Shown: piece after piece, positions 20,721 through 29,286 of the stretch | Numbering within the stretch: position 1 is the first letter of the stretch | Layout: every line of letters starts with the position of its first letter | Virus genome (UHGV): UHGV-0082335 | Strand: one strand, 5' to 3' | From: a virus | Length of the DNA: 37,541 nucleotides | Position numbers and translations under genes: made by a program | Notes under the pieces: generated by a model | What the model saw: the letters and a program-made list of their open reading frames with translations, nothing else | Told to the model about the DNA's origin: nothing | The model's database searches: none

Positions 20721-20866
20721 AGCGTCTTACCTTTTAGAAAGATGAGCCTGTTCGCACAGAAAAGCCGCCCCGAGATGGTCGCCACCATATACGGCAATTC
20801 TCAGGCTCAGCTTTCTGAAAGACTCGGGATTGTTACGCGCTGCGATGCGCGGTTTACTGCAGATGT

Positions 20867-20890
20867 AAAAAAGCCCCGCAAATGCGAGGC
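20867..20890 (-). terminator. Intrinsic terminator about 175 nt downstream of Rz
   Basis: Minus strand GCCUCGCA-UU-UGCGGGGC followed by UUUUUU. Confidence 0.5.
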
Positions 20891-21064
20891 TAAATCCTGG
20901 TATTTGTAATGACTGGCTCTTATCTCAACGCAGCCCCTTACCGCGCGCCAGATGCTCAATATCAAGCATCAGCAATGAGATGTTTAATCTGGATTCACTC
21001 CAGAAGTGATCATCACCCTGTCTACAGAGCCAGATGTGAAGGATGATGAGTAAAATTATCGCTA

Positions 21065-21532
21065 TCATCGAAGGCATTGCGTCCTGATGTATTCCTGAAG
21101 CGTTCTCAGTGCTGTTTGGTCGCGGATAATTCCGTCCCGGATATCGAGAACGTTTCGTCCAGCAACTGGAGAGAGTTCGACGGTGGCATCATTGCCCATG
21201 CCGGAGGCGCTGGAGGTTTCGGCTGAGGATGGCACAGGGCATTTTCCTTTGACGAGCACCCTGCCACCATTATCAAGCTTGCGACGAAGAGCATCATTTT
21301 CAGCTTTCGCATCAGCTAACTCCTTCGTGTATTTTGCATCGAGCGCAGCAACATCACGTTGGCGCACCTGCATGTCAGTAATTGTCGAGTTCGCCAGCTT
21401 CAGTTCTCTGGCATTTTTGTCGCGCTGGGCTTTGTAGGTAATGGCGTTATCACGGTAATGATTAACCGCCCATGACAGACAGACGATGATGCAGATAACC
21501 AGAGCGGAGATAATCGCGGTTAATCTGTTCAT
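21065..21532 (-). CDS. Rz: Spanin inner-membrane subunit Rz (155 aa)
   Basis: [47 protein letters not shown]... is near-identical to lambda Rz as I recall it. Confidence 0.9.
   Translation of the reverse strand: MNRLTAIISALVICIIVCLSWAVNHYRDNAITYKAQRDKNARELKLANSTITDMQVRQRDVAALDAKYTKELADAKAENDALRRKLDNGGRVLVKGKCPVPSSAETSSASGMGNDATVELSPVAGRNVLDIRDGIIRDQTALRTLQEYIRTQCLR
21106..21312 (-). CDS. Rz1: Spanin outer-membrane lipoprotein Rz1, embedded in the +1 frame of Rz
   Basis: [21 protein letters not shown]... (lipobox MVAGC) followed by a proline-rich stretch, entirely within Rz as in lambda. Confidence 0.8.
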   Translation of the reverse strand: MRKLKMMLFVASLIMVAGCSSKENALCHPQPKPPAPPAWAMMPPSNSLQLLDETFSISGTELSATKQH

Positions 21533-22005
21533 ACCTCAATCTCTCTGACCGTTCCGCCAGCTTCTTTGAATTTTGCAATCAGACTGTCAGCCTTATGCTC
21601 GAACTGACCATAACCAGCGCCCGGCAGTGAAGCCCAGATATTGCTGCAACGGTCAATTGCCTGACGAATATCACCACGATCAATCATCGGCAAAGCGCCA
21701 CGCTCCTTAATCTGCTGCAATGCCACAGCATCCTGGCTTTTCGGAGAGAAGTCTTTCAGGCCAAGTTGCTTGCGGTAGGCATCCCACCAACGGGAAAGAA
21801 GCTGGTAACGTCCGGCTGCTGTTGATTTGAGTTTGGGGTTTAGCGTGACAAGTTTGCGAGGGTGATCGGAGTAATCAGTGAATAGCTCTCCGCCAACAAT
21901 GACGTCATAACCATGATTTCTGGTTTTCTGCCGTCCGTTATCAGTTCCCTCTGACCATGCCAGCATATCGAGGAACGCCTTACGTTGATTATTGATTTCC
22001 ACCAT
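21529..22005 (-). CDS. R: Endolysin R, lytic transglycosylase (158 aa)
   Basis: [51 protein letters not shown]... is near-identical to lambda R as I recall it. Confidence 0.95.
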   Translation of the reverse strand: MVEINNQRKAFLDMLAWSEGTDNGRQKTRNHGYDVIVGGELFTDYSDHPRKLVTLNPKLKSTAAGRYQLLSRWWDAYRKQLGLKDFSPKSQDAVALQQIKERGALPMIDRGDIRQAIDRCSNIWASLPGAGYGQFEHKADSLIAKFKEAGGTVREIEV

Positions 22006-22312
22006 CTTCTATTCCGGCTTTTTTAGCAGCGAAGCGTTTGATAAGCGAACCAATCGAGTCAGTACCGATGTAGCCGATGAACACGCTCGTTATATAAGCG
22101 AGATTGCTACTTAGTCCGGCGAAGTCGAGAAGGTCACGAATGAACCAGGCGATAATGGCGCACATCGTTGCGTCGATTACTGTTTTTGTAAACGCACCGC
22201 CATTATATCTGCCGCGAAGGTACGCCATTGCAAACGCAAGGATTGCCCCGATGCCTTGTTCCTTTGCCGCGAGAATGGCGGCTAACAGGTCATGTTTTTC
22301 TGGCATCTTCAT
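21989..22312 (-). CDS. S: Holin/antiholin S with dual-start motif (107 aa)
   Basis: [39 protein letters not shown]... matches lambda S, including the Met1-Lys2-Met3 dual start. Confidence 0.95.
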   Translation of the reverse strand: MKMPEKHDLLAAILAAKEQGIGAILAFAMAYLRGRYNGGAFTKTVIDATMCAIIAWFIRDLLDFAGLSSNLAYITSVFIGYIGTDSIGSLIKRFAAKKAGIEDGGNQ

Positions 22313-22732
22313 GTCTTACCCCCAATAAGGGGATTTGCTCTATTTAATTAGGAATAAGATCGATTACTGATAGAACAAATCCAGGCTACTGTGTTTAGTA
22401 ATCAGATTTGTTCGTGACCGATATGCACGGGCAAAACGGCATGAGGTTGTTAGCGCAACCTCCTGCCACCCGCTTTCACGAAGGTCATGTGTAGAAGGCC
22501 GCAGCATAACTATCACTGATGAATTCAGGATAGCCAGTGGCTACGGCTCAGTTTGGGTTGTGCTGTTGCTGGGCGGCGATGACGCCTGTACGCATTTGGT
22601 GATCCGGTTCTGCTTCCGGCATTCGATTAATTCAGCACAAAAGGAAGAGCGCTAGTCTACCTCTATCGATTAACGGGCTTGTGGGGCAGTATCGCCGATT
22701 CACCTAACGCTCTTCCTTTTGTGATTGTAACG

Positions 22733-22764
22733 CAAAAAGCCCCGAGCTATTAACTCAGGGCTTT
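22733..22764 (-). terminator. Promoter-proximal intrinsic terminator of the late leader (tR'-equivalent)
   Basis: Minus strand AGCCCUGAG-UUAAUAG-CUCGGGGCU followed by UUUUU, roughly 30-55 nt downstream of the PR' start. Confidence 0.55.
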
Positions 22765-22797
22765 ATTTAACGAGTGCATTTATCCATCGTTGGGTCA

Positions 22798-22826
22798 AAT
22801 TTACCCAACTTTATTCAAAAAGTCAA
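22798..22826 (-). promoter_or_regulatory. Late promoter PR' with Q-utilisation region (-35 TTGACT 22821-22826, -10 TAAATT 22798-22803)
   Basis: TTGACT-17 nt-TAAATT on the minus strand between Q and S; sequence through about +17 parallels the lambda PR'/qut region as I recall it. Confidence 0.75.
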
Positions 22827-22868
22827 TATCATGCCATTAATATGTTGCCATCCGTGGCAATCATGCTG

Positions 22869-23492
22869 CTAACGTGTGACCGCATTCAAAATGTTGTCTG
22901 CGATTGACTCTTCTTTGTGGCATTGCACCACCAGAGCGTCATACAGCGGCTTAACAGTGCGTGACCAGGTGGGTTGAGTAAGGTTTGGGATTAGCATCGT
23001 TACAGCGCGATATGCGGCGCTTGCTGGCATTCTTGAATAGCCGACACCTTTGCATCTTCCGCACTCTTTCTCAACAACTCTCCCCCACTGCTCTGTTTTG
23101 GCTATATCAACCGCACGGCCTGTACCGTGGCAATCTCTGCATCTTGCGCCCGGCGTCGCGGCACTACGGCAATAATCCGCATAAGCGAATGTTGCGAGCA
23201 CTTGCAGTACCTTTGCCTTAGTATTTCCTTCAAGCTTTGCCACGCCACGGTATTTCCCCGATACCTTGTGTGCAAATTGCATCAGATAGTTGATAGCCTT
23301 TTGTTTGTCGTTCTGGCTGAGTTCATGCTTACCGCAGAATGCAGCCATCCCGAATCCGGCCTGTGATTGTGCCATCCCCATAGCAGCCATCACATCAGTA
23401 CCGGAAAGAGAGTCAGAAGCCGTAGCCCGTGGTGAGTCGCTCATCATCGGGCTTTTTGGCGAATGAAATTTAGCTACGCTTTCGAGTCTCAT
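22869..23492 (-). CDS. Q: Late antiterminator Q (207 aa)
   Basis: MRLESVAKFHSPKSPMMSDSPRATASDSLSGTDVMAAMGMAQSQAGFGMAAFCGKHE... is essentially lambda Q as I recall it. Confidence 0.95.
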   Translation of the reverse strand: MRLESVAKFHSPKSPMMSDSPRATASDSLSGTDVMAAMGMAQSQAGFGMAAFCGKHELSQNDKQKAINYLMQFAHKVSGKYRGVAKLEGNTKAKVLQVLATFAYADYCRSAATPGARCRDCHGTGRAVDIAKTEQWGRVVEKECGRCKGVGYSRMPASAAYRAVTMLIPNLTQPTWSRTVKPLYDALVVQCHKEESIADNILNAVTR

Positions 23493-23677
23493 GGTCTTCC
23501 CCTCTTGCCCTGTTTGACCATCAGGACGCCGTTAACTATTGCGTGACGCTCGCCTTTGCTGTCTCGGTTGTACTTGAGCACTGTTCCTCTTGCGCAGGAA
23601 AGCATCCTCGCCACTTCGGTCTGATTGCCTCGTGTCTGGATAAGAAGCTCTGGTATCGTTTGAATTGTGGCGTTCAT
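23489..23677 (-). CDS. ninH: NinH-like protein (62 aa)
   Basis: Resembles lambda NinH (..TIPDMLVEAYGNQTEVARRL.. versus TIPELLIQTRGNQTEVARML here). Confidence 0.7.
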   Translation of the reverse strand: MNATIQTIPELLIQTRGNQTEVARMLSCARGTVLKYNRDSKGERHAIVNGVLMVKQGKRGRP

Positions 23678-24036
23678 ACGTTCTCCAGTTCGGTGATTTT
23701 TATTCCAAGCCGTCCGCCTGGTACTTTCACACCACGAATTACGCGAATGTCATCGAATTGCTCGTCGTCTTCCGCAAATCCGGCGTGGATAAGGGAGTCG
23801 AGTAAACCTTTCAGGATGTTGTCGAGGTCGCGGCGGCGGGAGTCTGGAACGTCTGCGATGACTTTGATACGGAGTCGTGATTTGGTGAAAATGTCTAACT
23901 TGAGTTGGCGGATGATTTGCTGGACGTCTTTTCGGTATTTCTGGCCTTTATCGCTGATGTAGTATTGGCTTCCCCGTCTTCGCCAGTAGGTATTCAGCGA
24001 CGGTGGGTACGGAAGTGTGAATCTGTATTCTGCCAT
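23674..24036 (-). CDS. rusA: RusA-family Holliday junction resolvase (120 aa)
   Basis: Same length as E. coli RusA with the conserved DSRRRDLDN motif. Confidence 0.85.
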   Translation of the reverse strand: MAEYRFTLPYPPSLNTYWRRRGSQYYISDKGQKYRKDVQQIIRQLKLDIFTKSRLRIKVIADVPDSRRRDLDNILKGLLDSLIHAGFAEDDEQFDDIRVIRGVKVPGGRLGIKITELENV

Positions 24037-24561
24037 TTATCCTCTCCCATGATTATGGTGATACCCCAATCTTGATTCCGCCAATTTTCTGGCATTAACG
24101 GCTAGAGATATGTCATCGTATAATCCAAGAAATATCTTTTTATTATCACTGTTTATATATGCGCCCCACTTTTTATTCTTCTTATAGTAGGCAACACCCA
24201 TTACTCCAGAGCGATTATTAATAGGCTTTTTTCTGTTCCTTGAGTTCTGTTTATCATCTACAACGCGCAAATTGCATATTCTGTTATCGCTTTTAATTCC
24301 ATTTATGTGGTCAATTTCCCCATCAGGCTCGCTTCCATAAAAGGATATCCATGCGATTCTATGAGCTCGACAAACTTTTTTATTTACAGATATACGAACG
24401 TATCCTTTTTCATCTATAGAACCAGCAATCTTACCGGCATATGTTGAATTCCAGCACTCTCTTACACTTTCTCTTCTTTTGTATATAAACAAACCTGTTT
24501 CGCTATTATATTCATACAATTCATTGATTTCTTTTTGTGTTGGATATCTTTTACCGTTCAT
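24037..24561 (-). CDS. HNH endonuclease with C-terminal AP2-like DNA-binding domain (174 aa), homing-endonuclease-like
   Basis: HNH motif GEIDHINGIKSDNRICNLRVV; AP2-like segment SGVMGVAYYKKNKKWGAYI...IFLGLYDDISLAVNARKLAESRL; the gene is conspicuously AT-rich. Confidence 0.8.
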   Translation of the reverse strand: MNGKRYPTQKEINELYEYNSETGLFIYKRRESVRECWNSTYAGKIAGSIDEKGYVRISVNKKVCRAHRIAWISFYGSEPDGEIDHINGIKSDNRICNLRVVDDKQNSRNRKKPINNRSGVMGVAYYKKNKKWGAYINSDNKKIFLGLYDDISLAVNARKLAESRLGYHHNHGRG

Positions 24562-24848
24562 GACTTAATCTTCCCCTCCTTCAGCAGTATCGCCTGCGTC
24601 CTGATCACGCCTTCGAGGTGGTAAAGTCTGGCGTCTTTGTTGTCGAGAATCCGGGTGCGTCGGTCGATCTCCGCGTGGCAGTCACTACAAGCCCATGCGC
24701 CGATCAGGTCGTCAGGCTTCATTCCCGTTCCGCAAATTCCAGCCATCCGGTAATGTGCCAGAACTGTAGTTTCAGGATTACCATTGCATACGCCGTAAAT
24801 ACGTACCTGGCATTCTCTGCCGCGTGCTTCTTTGCGTAGGTTAGCCAT
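24558..24848 (-). CDS. Cys-rich nin-region protein (96 aa), YbcO-like
   Basis: Four-Cys pattern (CQVRIYGVC...CSDC); position upstream of rusA resembles the DLP12 ybcO-rusA arrangement; identity from memory only. Confidence 0.5.
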   Translation of the reverse strand: MANLRKEARGRECQVRIYGVCNGNPETTVLAHYRMAGICGTGMKPDDLIGAWACSDCHAEIDRRTRILDNKDARLYHLEGVIRTQAILLKEGKIKS

Positions 24849-25570
24849 TAAGCAGCCTCCCCTGTTACTTTCAGCATTCCGTTATCGAGCAGCTTTCTGG
24901 TCAGCCACTGTTGACCACGCCCGGTGATTTTTGTGGTGAACGATATCTGTATTCCGTGATTTGTGTTGACCGCTGTTTCTTTCACTGTGAAATAGCCGCG
25001 ATCCATATATTCCTGCATTGGCACATTGCGCCGGGAACCTGAAGCAATAAGGATTTTGTGATCGCGCATCCACGCAAACAGTTTGTTTGGACCAATACCG
25101 ACAACCTTTGCAAAGTTTCCAATCAAAATTCCGCTGGCCTCGCCAACGCGATCGGCAAACTCAACTTTAGGTGCGGCAATTGCGAGCTGGTTTTCTAGTT
25201 GCATTTTCTGCTCAGCAAGATCAGCAGCAAGGCGCAACGCTTCTGGTAGCGTTTTGGGGATATTAACCGCAGCTTCTTCAAGCTCTCGCCAGCGGTCAAC
25301 AAGGCGAGCGGTGAATTCCGGCGACAACTGGGCAACAACGACAATACTGTCTCGCTTACCTTGTTCGCCCTCGAAGACGTAATGCTCGTACTGAACATTG
25401 AACCCTAAGTTATTGATTCTTTCGGAAACCTCAATTTGAGGAAGCCGGATAACACCATTTTTAGCCAGCGTTTCGATGGTACGTTTCACATTGTCATGAC
25501 GCTTACCAACCAACTCAGCGATTTCAATGCTTGTCATTTTGATGGCATTGCCATTTATTAACTCATTCAT
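24848..25570 (-). CDS. Rha-family phage regulatory protein with C-terminal antirepressor (KilAC/ANT) domain (240 aa)
   Basis: N-terminus ELINGNAIKMTSIEIAELVGKRHDNVKRTIETL is typical of the Rha domain; C-terminal half resembles antirepressor C-terminal domains. Confidence 0.75.
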   Translation of the reverse strand: MNELINGNAIKMTSIEIAELVGKRHDNVKRTIETLAKNGVIRLPQIEVSERINNLGFNVQYEHYVFEGEQGKRDSIVVVAQLSPEFTARLVDRWRELEEAAVNIPKTLPEALRLAADLAEQKMQLENQLAIAAPKVEFADRVGEASGILIGNFAKVVGIGPNKLFAWMRDHKILIASGSRRNVPMQEYMDRGYFTVKETAVNTNHGIQISFTTKITGRGQQWLTRKLLDNGMLKVTGEAA

Positions 25571-25739
25571 CGTCTTCTTCCTCGTACATTGAGCTATTCG
25601 GATCGCTCATCAGTTCTGCGCAGCAATCGGAGCACACGTGAACTTCCAGCACATGCAGCTTCTGACCGCAGTTAGCGCACGTTAAAGCCCGCTCGACGCT
25701 TTCTTTCTGGTATTGAAGGGATTGGGATGGGCTAAGCAT
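25563..25739 (-). CDS. ninF: NinF-like protein (58 aa; start at internal ATG 25739)
   Basis: [49 protein letters not shown] matches lambda NinF as I recall it. Confidence 0.65.
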   Translation of the reverse strand: MLSPSQSLQYQKESVERALTCANCGQKLHVLEVHVCSDCCAELMSDPNSSMYEEEDDE

Positions 25740-26139
25740 GGCTTTCACCATTAAAAAGTCGCTTGTAAGCATCAATGTCTCGTTTTGCTTCACCGAGCTT
25801 TCGTCTTAATTCCATGTTTTCTGATTCAAGCTTTTCCATGTCTTGTTGGTATCGATCGCGGTGTTCTTTCCATGCTTTTTGATACGCCTTCATGTATGTC
25901 ATGTTGGCCTTTCTCTTTGCCTGACGAACTGCGTGGTGGTTTTTCACAAACCAGTCAGGGTCGTTAAATGCTGCTCTGGCGCATGTATACCAATAATTTG
26001 TTGCCTCCCTGTTTAGCCAATAAATACTGATAAATGGCAACCGGATAGACACCATTTTTCGTTGTGACTCTTTCTCGCCAAACATGTGGCCTTTTTTGAT
26101 GCTAAGTCCAAATCCAGGTTGAATTAAAAGCATTGTCAT
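25732..26139 (-). CDS. Hypothetical nin-region protein (about 135 aa; start probably ATG 26139, overlapping the ninE stop)
   Basis: ORF between ninE and ninF; basic, helical C-terminus; no assignable function. Confidence 0.5.
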   Translation of the reverse strand: MTMLLIQPGFGLSIKKGHMFGEKESQRKMVSIRLPFISIYWLNREATNYWYTCARAAFNDPDWFVKNHHAVRQAKRKANMTYMKAYQKAWKEHRDRYQQDMEKLESENMELRRKLGEAKRDIDAYKRLFNGESHA

Positions 26140-26312
26140 TTCCTCGCACGATGTCTTAGCCACCGGATATCCCACAGGTGAGCCGTGTAGTTGAAGGTTT
26201 TTACGTCAGATTCTTTCGGGATTGGCTTGCGTTTATTTCTGGAGCGTTTCGTTGGAAGGTATTTGCAGTTTTCGCAGATGATGTCGGTGATACTTCGTCG
26301 CTGTCGCCTCAT
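26136..26312 (-). CDS. ninE: NinE-like protein (58 aa; start at internal ATG 26312)
   Basis: [53 protein letters not shown] matches lambda NinE as I recall it. Confidence 0.65.
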   Translation of the reverse strand: MRRQRRSITDIICENCKYLPTKRSRNKRKPIPKESDVKTFNYTAHLWDIRWLRHRARK

Positions 26313-26836
26313 GCCGCCCTCCTGACGCCCTGCCCGATCGCCATCAATGCCGCTTTGGATACGGTAGTAAACATCCGTCGAGGACTGATGAACGGTCGCC
26401 AAATCAGCAGCATGGAGCCTTTGCTGTTTCCCTTCTTCTCCAGCCCTGTCGATGGTTCGATAAAATTAATCCGTCCATCAGTGATAATGCGAACTTCGTC
26501 GACACTCTCCAGAGCCTTGCTGAACCATCCGACTGACATATCCTCTGGCACAAGCATAACTACCGTCTGTCGCTGTTGTATGCACTGCTCAGCGGCTTTT
26601 TCCACCCACGGCCTGATATTGCTGTACGGTGGGTTATTCCAGATTGCACCGTGGCTTACCCACTCAGAATTGAGCGCGTCGTCGGCCTCAGTTAGCCAGT
26701 GAGCACACAGAGCATTTTTGTCGCTCGCTGCCGAATCCAGCCAGAATCCAAACTCAATATCCAGTGCATCAAAAAGCCAAAGCGGCGTTTGCCAGCAGTC
26801 CTTGTCGTGTGCTGGCGTATTTGATTTGATAGTCAT
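26309..26836 (-). CDS. Phage DNA N6-adenine methyltransferase, Dam-like orphan MTase (about 175 aa; start ATG 26836)
   Basis: Catalytic NPPY motif ([10 protein letters not shown]); ATGA overlaps at both ends; no adjacent restriction endonuclease gene. Confidence 0.75.
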   Translation of the reverse strand: MTIKSNTPAHDKDCWQTPLWLFDALDIEFGFWLDSAASDKNALCAHWLTEADDALNSEWVSHGAIWNNPPYSNIRPWVEKAAEQCIQQRQTVVMLVPEDMSVGWFSKALESVDEVRIITDGRINFIEPSTGLEKKGNSKGSMLLIWRPFISPRRMFTTVSKAALMAIGQGVRRAA

Positions 26837-27279
26837 GCAGCCTTTCCTTTTCGTTGTGACCATTCATACTCTCGCCGGGAGTCATCACTCCACCGCACGT
26901 TGCGCTCTGAGCCGAACCAGAACATGATTTCGATAAGCTCAGTCATGCTGGCCTTTCGCATTTTGCTGGTACGCACGCCAAGCATAACAACGCCACCGTC
27001 GATACCAGGCGCACTTCTTTGCTCCATTTTTTTGGTCTTAAGCCACAGGGCAGTGAACAGGTCTTTCCAGTCTTCCGGCGCCAGCCGTTGACCATGCCAT
27101 AGCACCTGACGCGAAACATCGTTCAGCATCGGCCACATACGGTCATTCTGCGCTTTGCTGCGTTTGGGTTCTCTAACGTGGACTTCGTGGGGTGACTTGT
27201 CGTCGATGGGTAGTGAGAGAATGGCGTCTATGGCGTTATTTCTGATTGCTTCGTTGCGAAGTATGTATATTTGCTTCAT
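26833..27279 (-). CDS. ninB: NinB (Orf-family recombination mediator, 148 aa)
   Basis: Aligns with lambda NinB from the first residues (MKQIYILRNEAIRNNAIDAI... versus MKKLTFEIRSPAHQQNAIHAV...; ..LNDVSRQVLWHGQ..). Confidence 0.8.
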   Translation of the reverse strand: MKQIYILRNEAIRNNAIDAILSLPIDDKSPHEVHVREPKRSKAQNDRMWPMLNDVSRQVLWHGQRLAPEDWKDLFTALWLKTKKMEQRSAPGIDGGVVMLGVRTSKMRKASMTELIEIMFWFGSERNVRWSDDSRREYEWSQRKGKAA

Positions 27280-27613
27280 CGAAATTCTTCTCTTTAATTC
27301 CAGCGGCTCTGATAGCTTTCATCACTGCAATTACCGTTTTGTCCTTCCCATCCTCATGCCCCATCGCATAAGCACCTTCTTCACCATCTTTCCAAAAGTC
27401 GTCATTCGATTCGGGCCAGTCGATATCCAGTTCAATAGCTGCTCGCGATGCCTGCCACGTTTGCCAGTGGCCTTGAACATCGTCCATCACGTATTGACCA
27501 CCAATATCACCACTGCCAATTTCATGGTGATTTTCAGGGTAACGGATAAGGTCTGATGATTCGCCTCCACGTCGCAACCAACTTTCTTCAAACTGCTTTC
27601 TTGATTCGTCCAT
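27236..27613 (-). CDS. Hypothetical acidic protein (125 aa)
   Basis: ORF between the helicase and ninB; overlaps the ninB start by 44 nt in another frame; no recognisable motif. Confidence 0.45.
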   Translation of the reverse strand: MDESRKQFEESWLRRGGESSDLIRYPENHHEIGSGDIGGQYVMDDVQGHWQTWQASRAAIELDIDWPESNDDFWKDGEEGAYAMGHEDGKDKTVIAVMKAIRAAGIKEKNFDEANIHTSQRSNQK

Positions 27614-27630
27614 CGGTACTTACCCTCAGT

Positions 27631-27837
27631 TCAACTCACAAAACGCCACGCCATTTTTGCTACAGCGACAGGAATAACACCGATAATCACCCACAGGAAA
27701 ATGCTACCGAAAAGCACACCCACCAGGTCTTTACCTTCGCCTACCAACCGGACAAAACTTCCGACAATCACAATGAACGTCGACACCATCCACATAGCAC
27801 CGAGAATCCTCAATGCAGAGAAAATTAACTCAGCCAC
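27631..27837 (-). CDS. Small membrane protein (68 aa, two predicted TM helices)
   Basis: Two hydrophobic segments (AMWMVSTFIVIVGSFV and VLFGSIFLWVIIGVIPVAV) separated by a short charged loop. Confidence 0.5.
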   Translation of the reverse strand: MAELIFSALRILGAMWMVSTFIVIVGSFVRLVGEGKDLVGVLFGSIFLWVIIGVIPVAVAKMAWRFVS

Positions 27838-27909
27838 GATTTACTCTCCCCCAAATAAAAAGGCCTGCGATTACCAGCAGGCCTGTTACAAGCTCAGTGA
27901 TGTAGATGG

Positions 27910-29286
27910 TCATACGTCAGCCCCTTGTGCATATCGCCTGCCACGTGCAGCGGGTGCATTTGATGTTGTACAAATCTGTCTGGCTTCATCCTGGTCACAT
28001 GCAACAAAGTGTCCGTTACAGAACCGCTGGTAAACCGTACCAAGCGAGCCAAAACGGTTTTTCGTCACAATGATTTCAGCAAATGGCGCGGCGCTACTGT
28101 TCTCGTCATATACCGCTTCCCGATAGAGCATGATGATTGAGTCTGCGTCCTGTTCAATGCTTCCTGAATCACGCAAATCTGCGTTTGTCGGGCGTTTGTT
28201 TGGTCGCTTCTCAACATCGCGCGAAAGCTGACTCAGGGAGATAACCGGTGTTTTCAGGTCTTTCGCCATCGCCTTCAGGCTTCCGGAGATGTGAGCAATT
28301 GCGAGGTCGTTGCGATCTGCTTTCGGCTTCTCAATCAGGCCAAGATAATCCACCATGATGAGTGACAGGTTTGGATTTTCCTGTTTGTGCCGTTCTGCGA
28401 TTGAGCGTATTTCTTCGACCGATAACCGCGAGGCATCGACTACCCATACATCCAAATCTGCAAGCTGACTCATGCCGTTAGCAACGCGCGCCCAGCCTTC
28501 GTCATCCATCGAAGCAGGATTTCGCAGCACGCTAACCGGCATCCTCCCGGCGTTGGCAATGCTTCGCTCTGCAATCTGCAATGCGCTCATTTCCATCGAG
28601 AAAATCAACACTCCGCGCCGGACGTCAGAACCAGGAATAACGCGGCTTGCAACGCCTTCGGCAATCTTCAGCGCCAGTTCGGTTTTCCCCATACCAGGAC
28701 GAGCAGCGATTATCACAAGGTCTTCCGCGTTCATCCCTCCGGTGATGGCATCAAGTTCTTCGATTCCGGTCTTCAGGGTATCGGACTCTTCTCCGTTCCT
28801 CAGACGCCTGTCAAGCGTGTCAGTGTAGTCGGTGATGATTTCCCCTAACCGTACAGGTTTAACCTCGTCACGTGGCTTTCTGATGGCTGAAAGACGCTTT
28901 ACAAGTTCATCCATCGCCTGACTCGATGCGTCGATGGTTCCGCTCTGAATTGGTTCACGCATTTCATCCATGATTTCCAGCACCAGACGGCGGTGATAGT
29001 TATCCGCGACCATTCCGGCATATCCCTTCAGGTTTGCGGCACTCGGGCAGTTTTTGCTGGTCATCAGGATTGACGTGAAATGCTCCTCTCCGCACGCCTC
29101 GGCAACCATCAGCGCGTCGATTAGGTTTCTGTTTCTCGCCTGCTTGCGGATAACCTCGAAGGCTTTCCGGTAGAGCGGAATTGAAAACGCTTCCGGCTCC
29201 AGCGTTGCCAGAACGTCACTGGCAGTTGGTGTTAATCCACCAATCAGCAAGCCACCGATAACGCTCGCTTCGATATCCTGTTTCAT
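27910..29286 (-). CDS. Replicative DNA helicase, DnaB family (458 aa)
   Basis: Walker [10 protein letters not shown] and DnaB-like C-terminal domain; corresponds to P22 gene 12. Confidence 0.9.
   Translation of the reverse strand: MKQDIEASVIGGLLIGGLTPTASDVLATLEPEAFSIPLYRKAFEVIRKQARNRNLIDALMVAEACGEEHFTSILMTSKNCPSAANLKGYAGMVADNYHRRLVLEIMDEMREPIQSGTIDASSQAMDELVKRLSAIRKPRDEVKPVRLGEIITDYTDTLDRRLRNGEESDTLKTGIEELDAITGGMNAEDLVIIAARPGMGKTELALKIAEGVASRVIPGSDVRRGVLIFSMEMSALQIAERSIANAGRMPVSVLRNPASMDDEGWARVANGMSQLADLDVWVVDASRLSVEEIRSIAERHKQENPNLSLIMVDYLGLIEKPKADRNDLAIAHISGSLKAMAKDLKTPVISLSQLSRDVEKRPNKRPTNADLRDSGSIEQDADSIIMLYREAVYDENSSAAPFAEIIVTKNRFGSLGTVYQRFCNGHFVACDQDEARQICTTSNAPAARGRRYAQGADV

Noticed and set aside
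20613-20909. Plus-strand 98-aa ORF overlapping the KilA-N gene
   Set aside because: Its first 36 codons are antisense to the KilA-N coding sequence; only the intergenic tail from ATG 20742 is retained as a low-confidence observation.
22313-22868. Possible tRNA genes between Q and S, as in some Stx-type lambdoid phages
   Set aside because: The interval is colinear with the lambda PR'-to-S region as I recall it and holds no cloverleaf-like segment; no tRNA-like sequence was seen elsewhere either.
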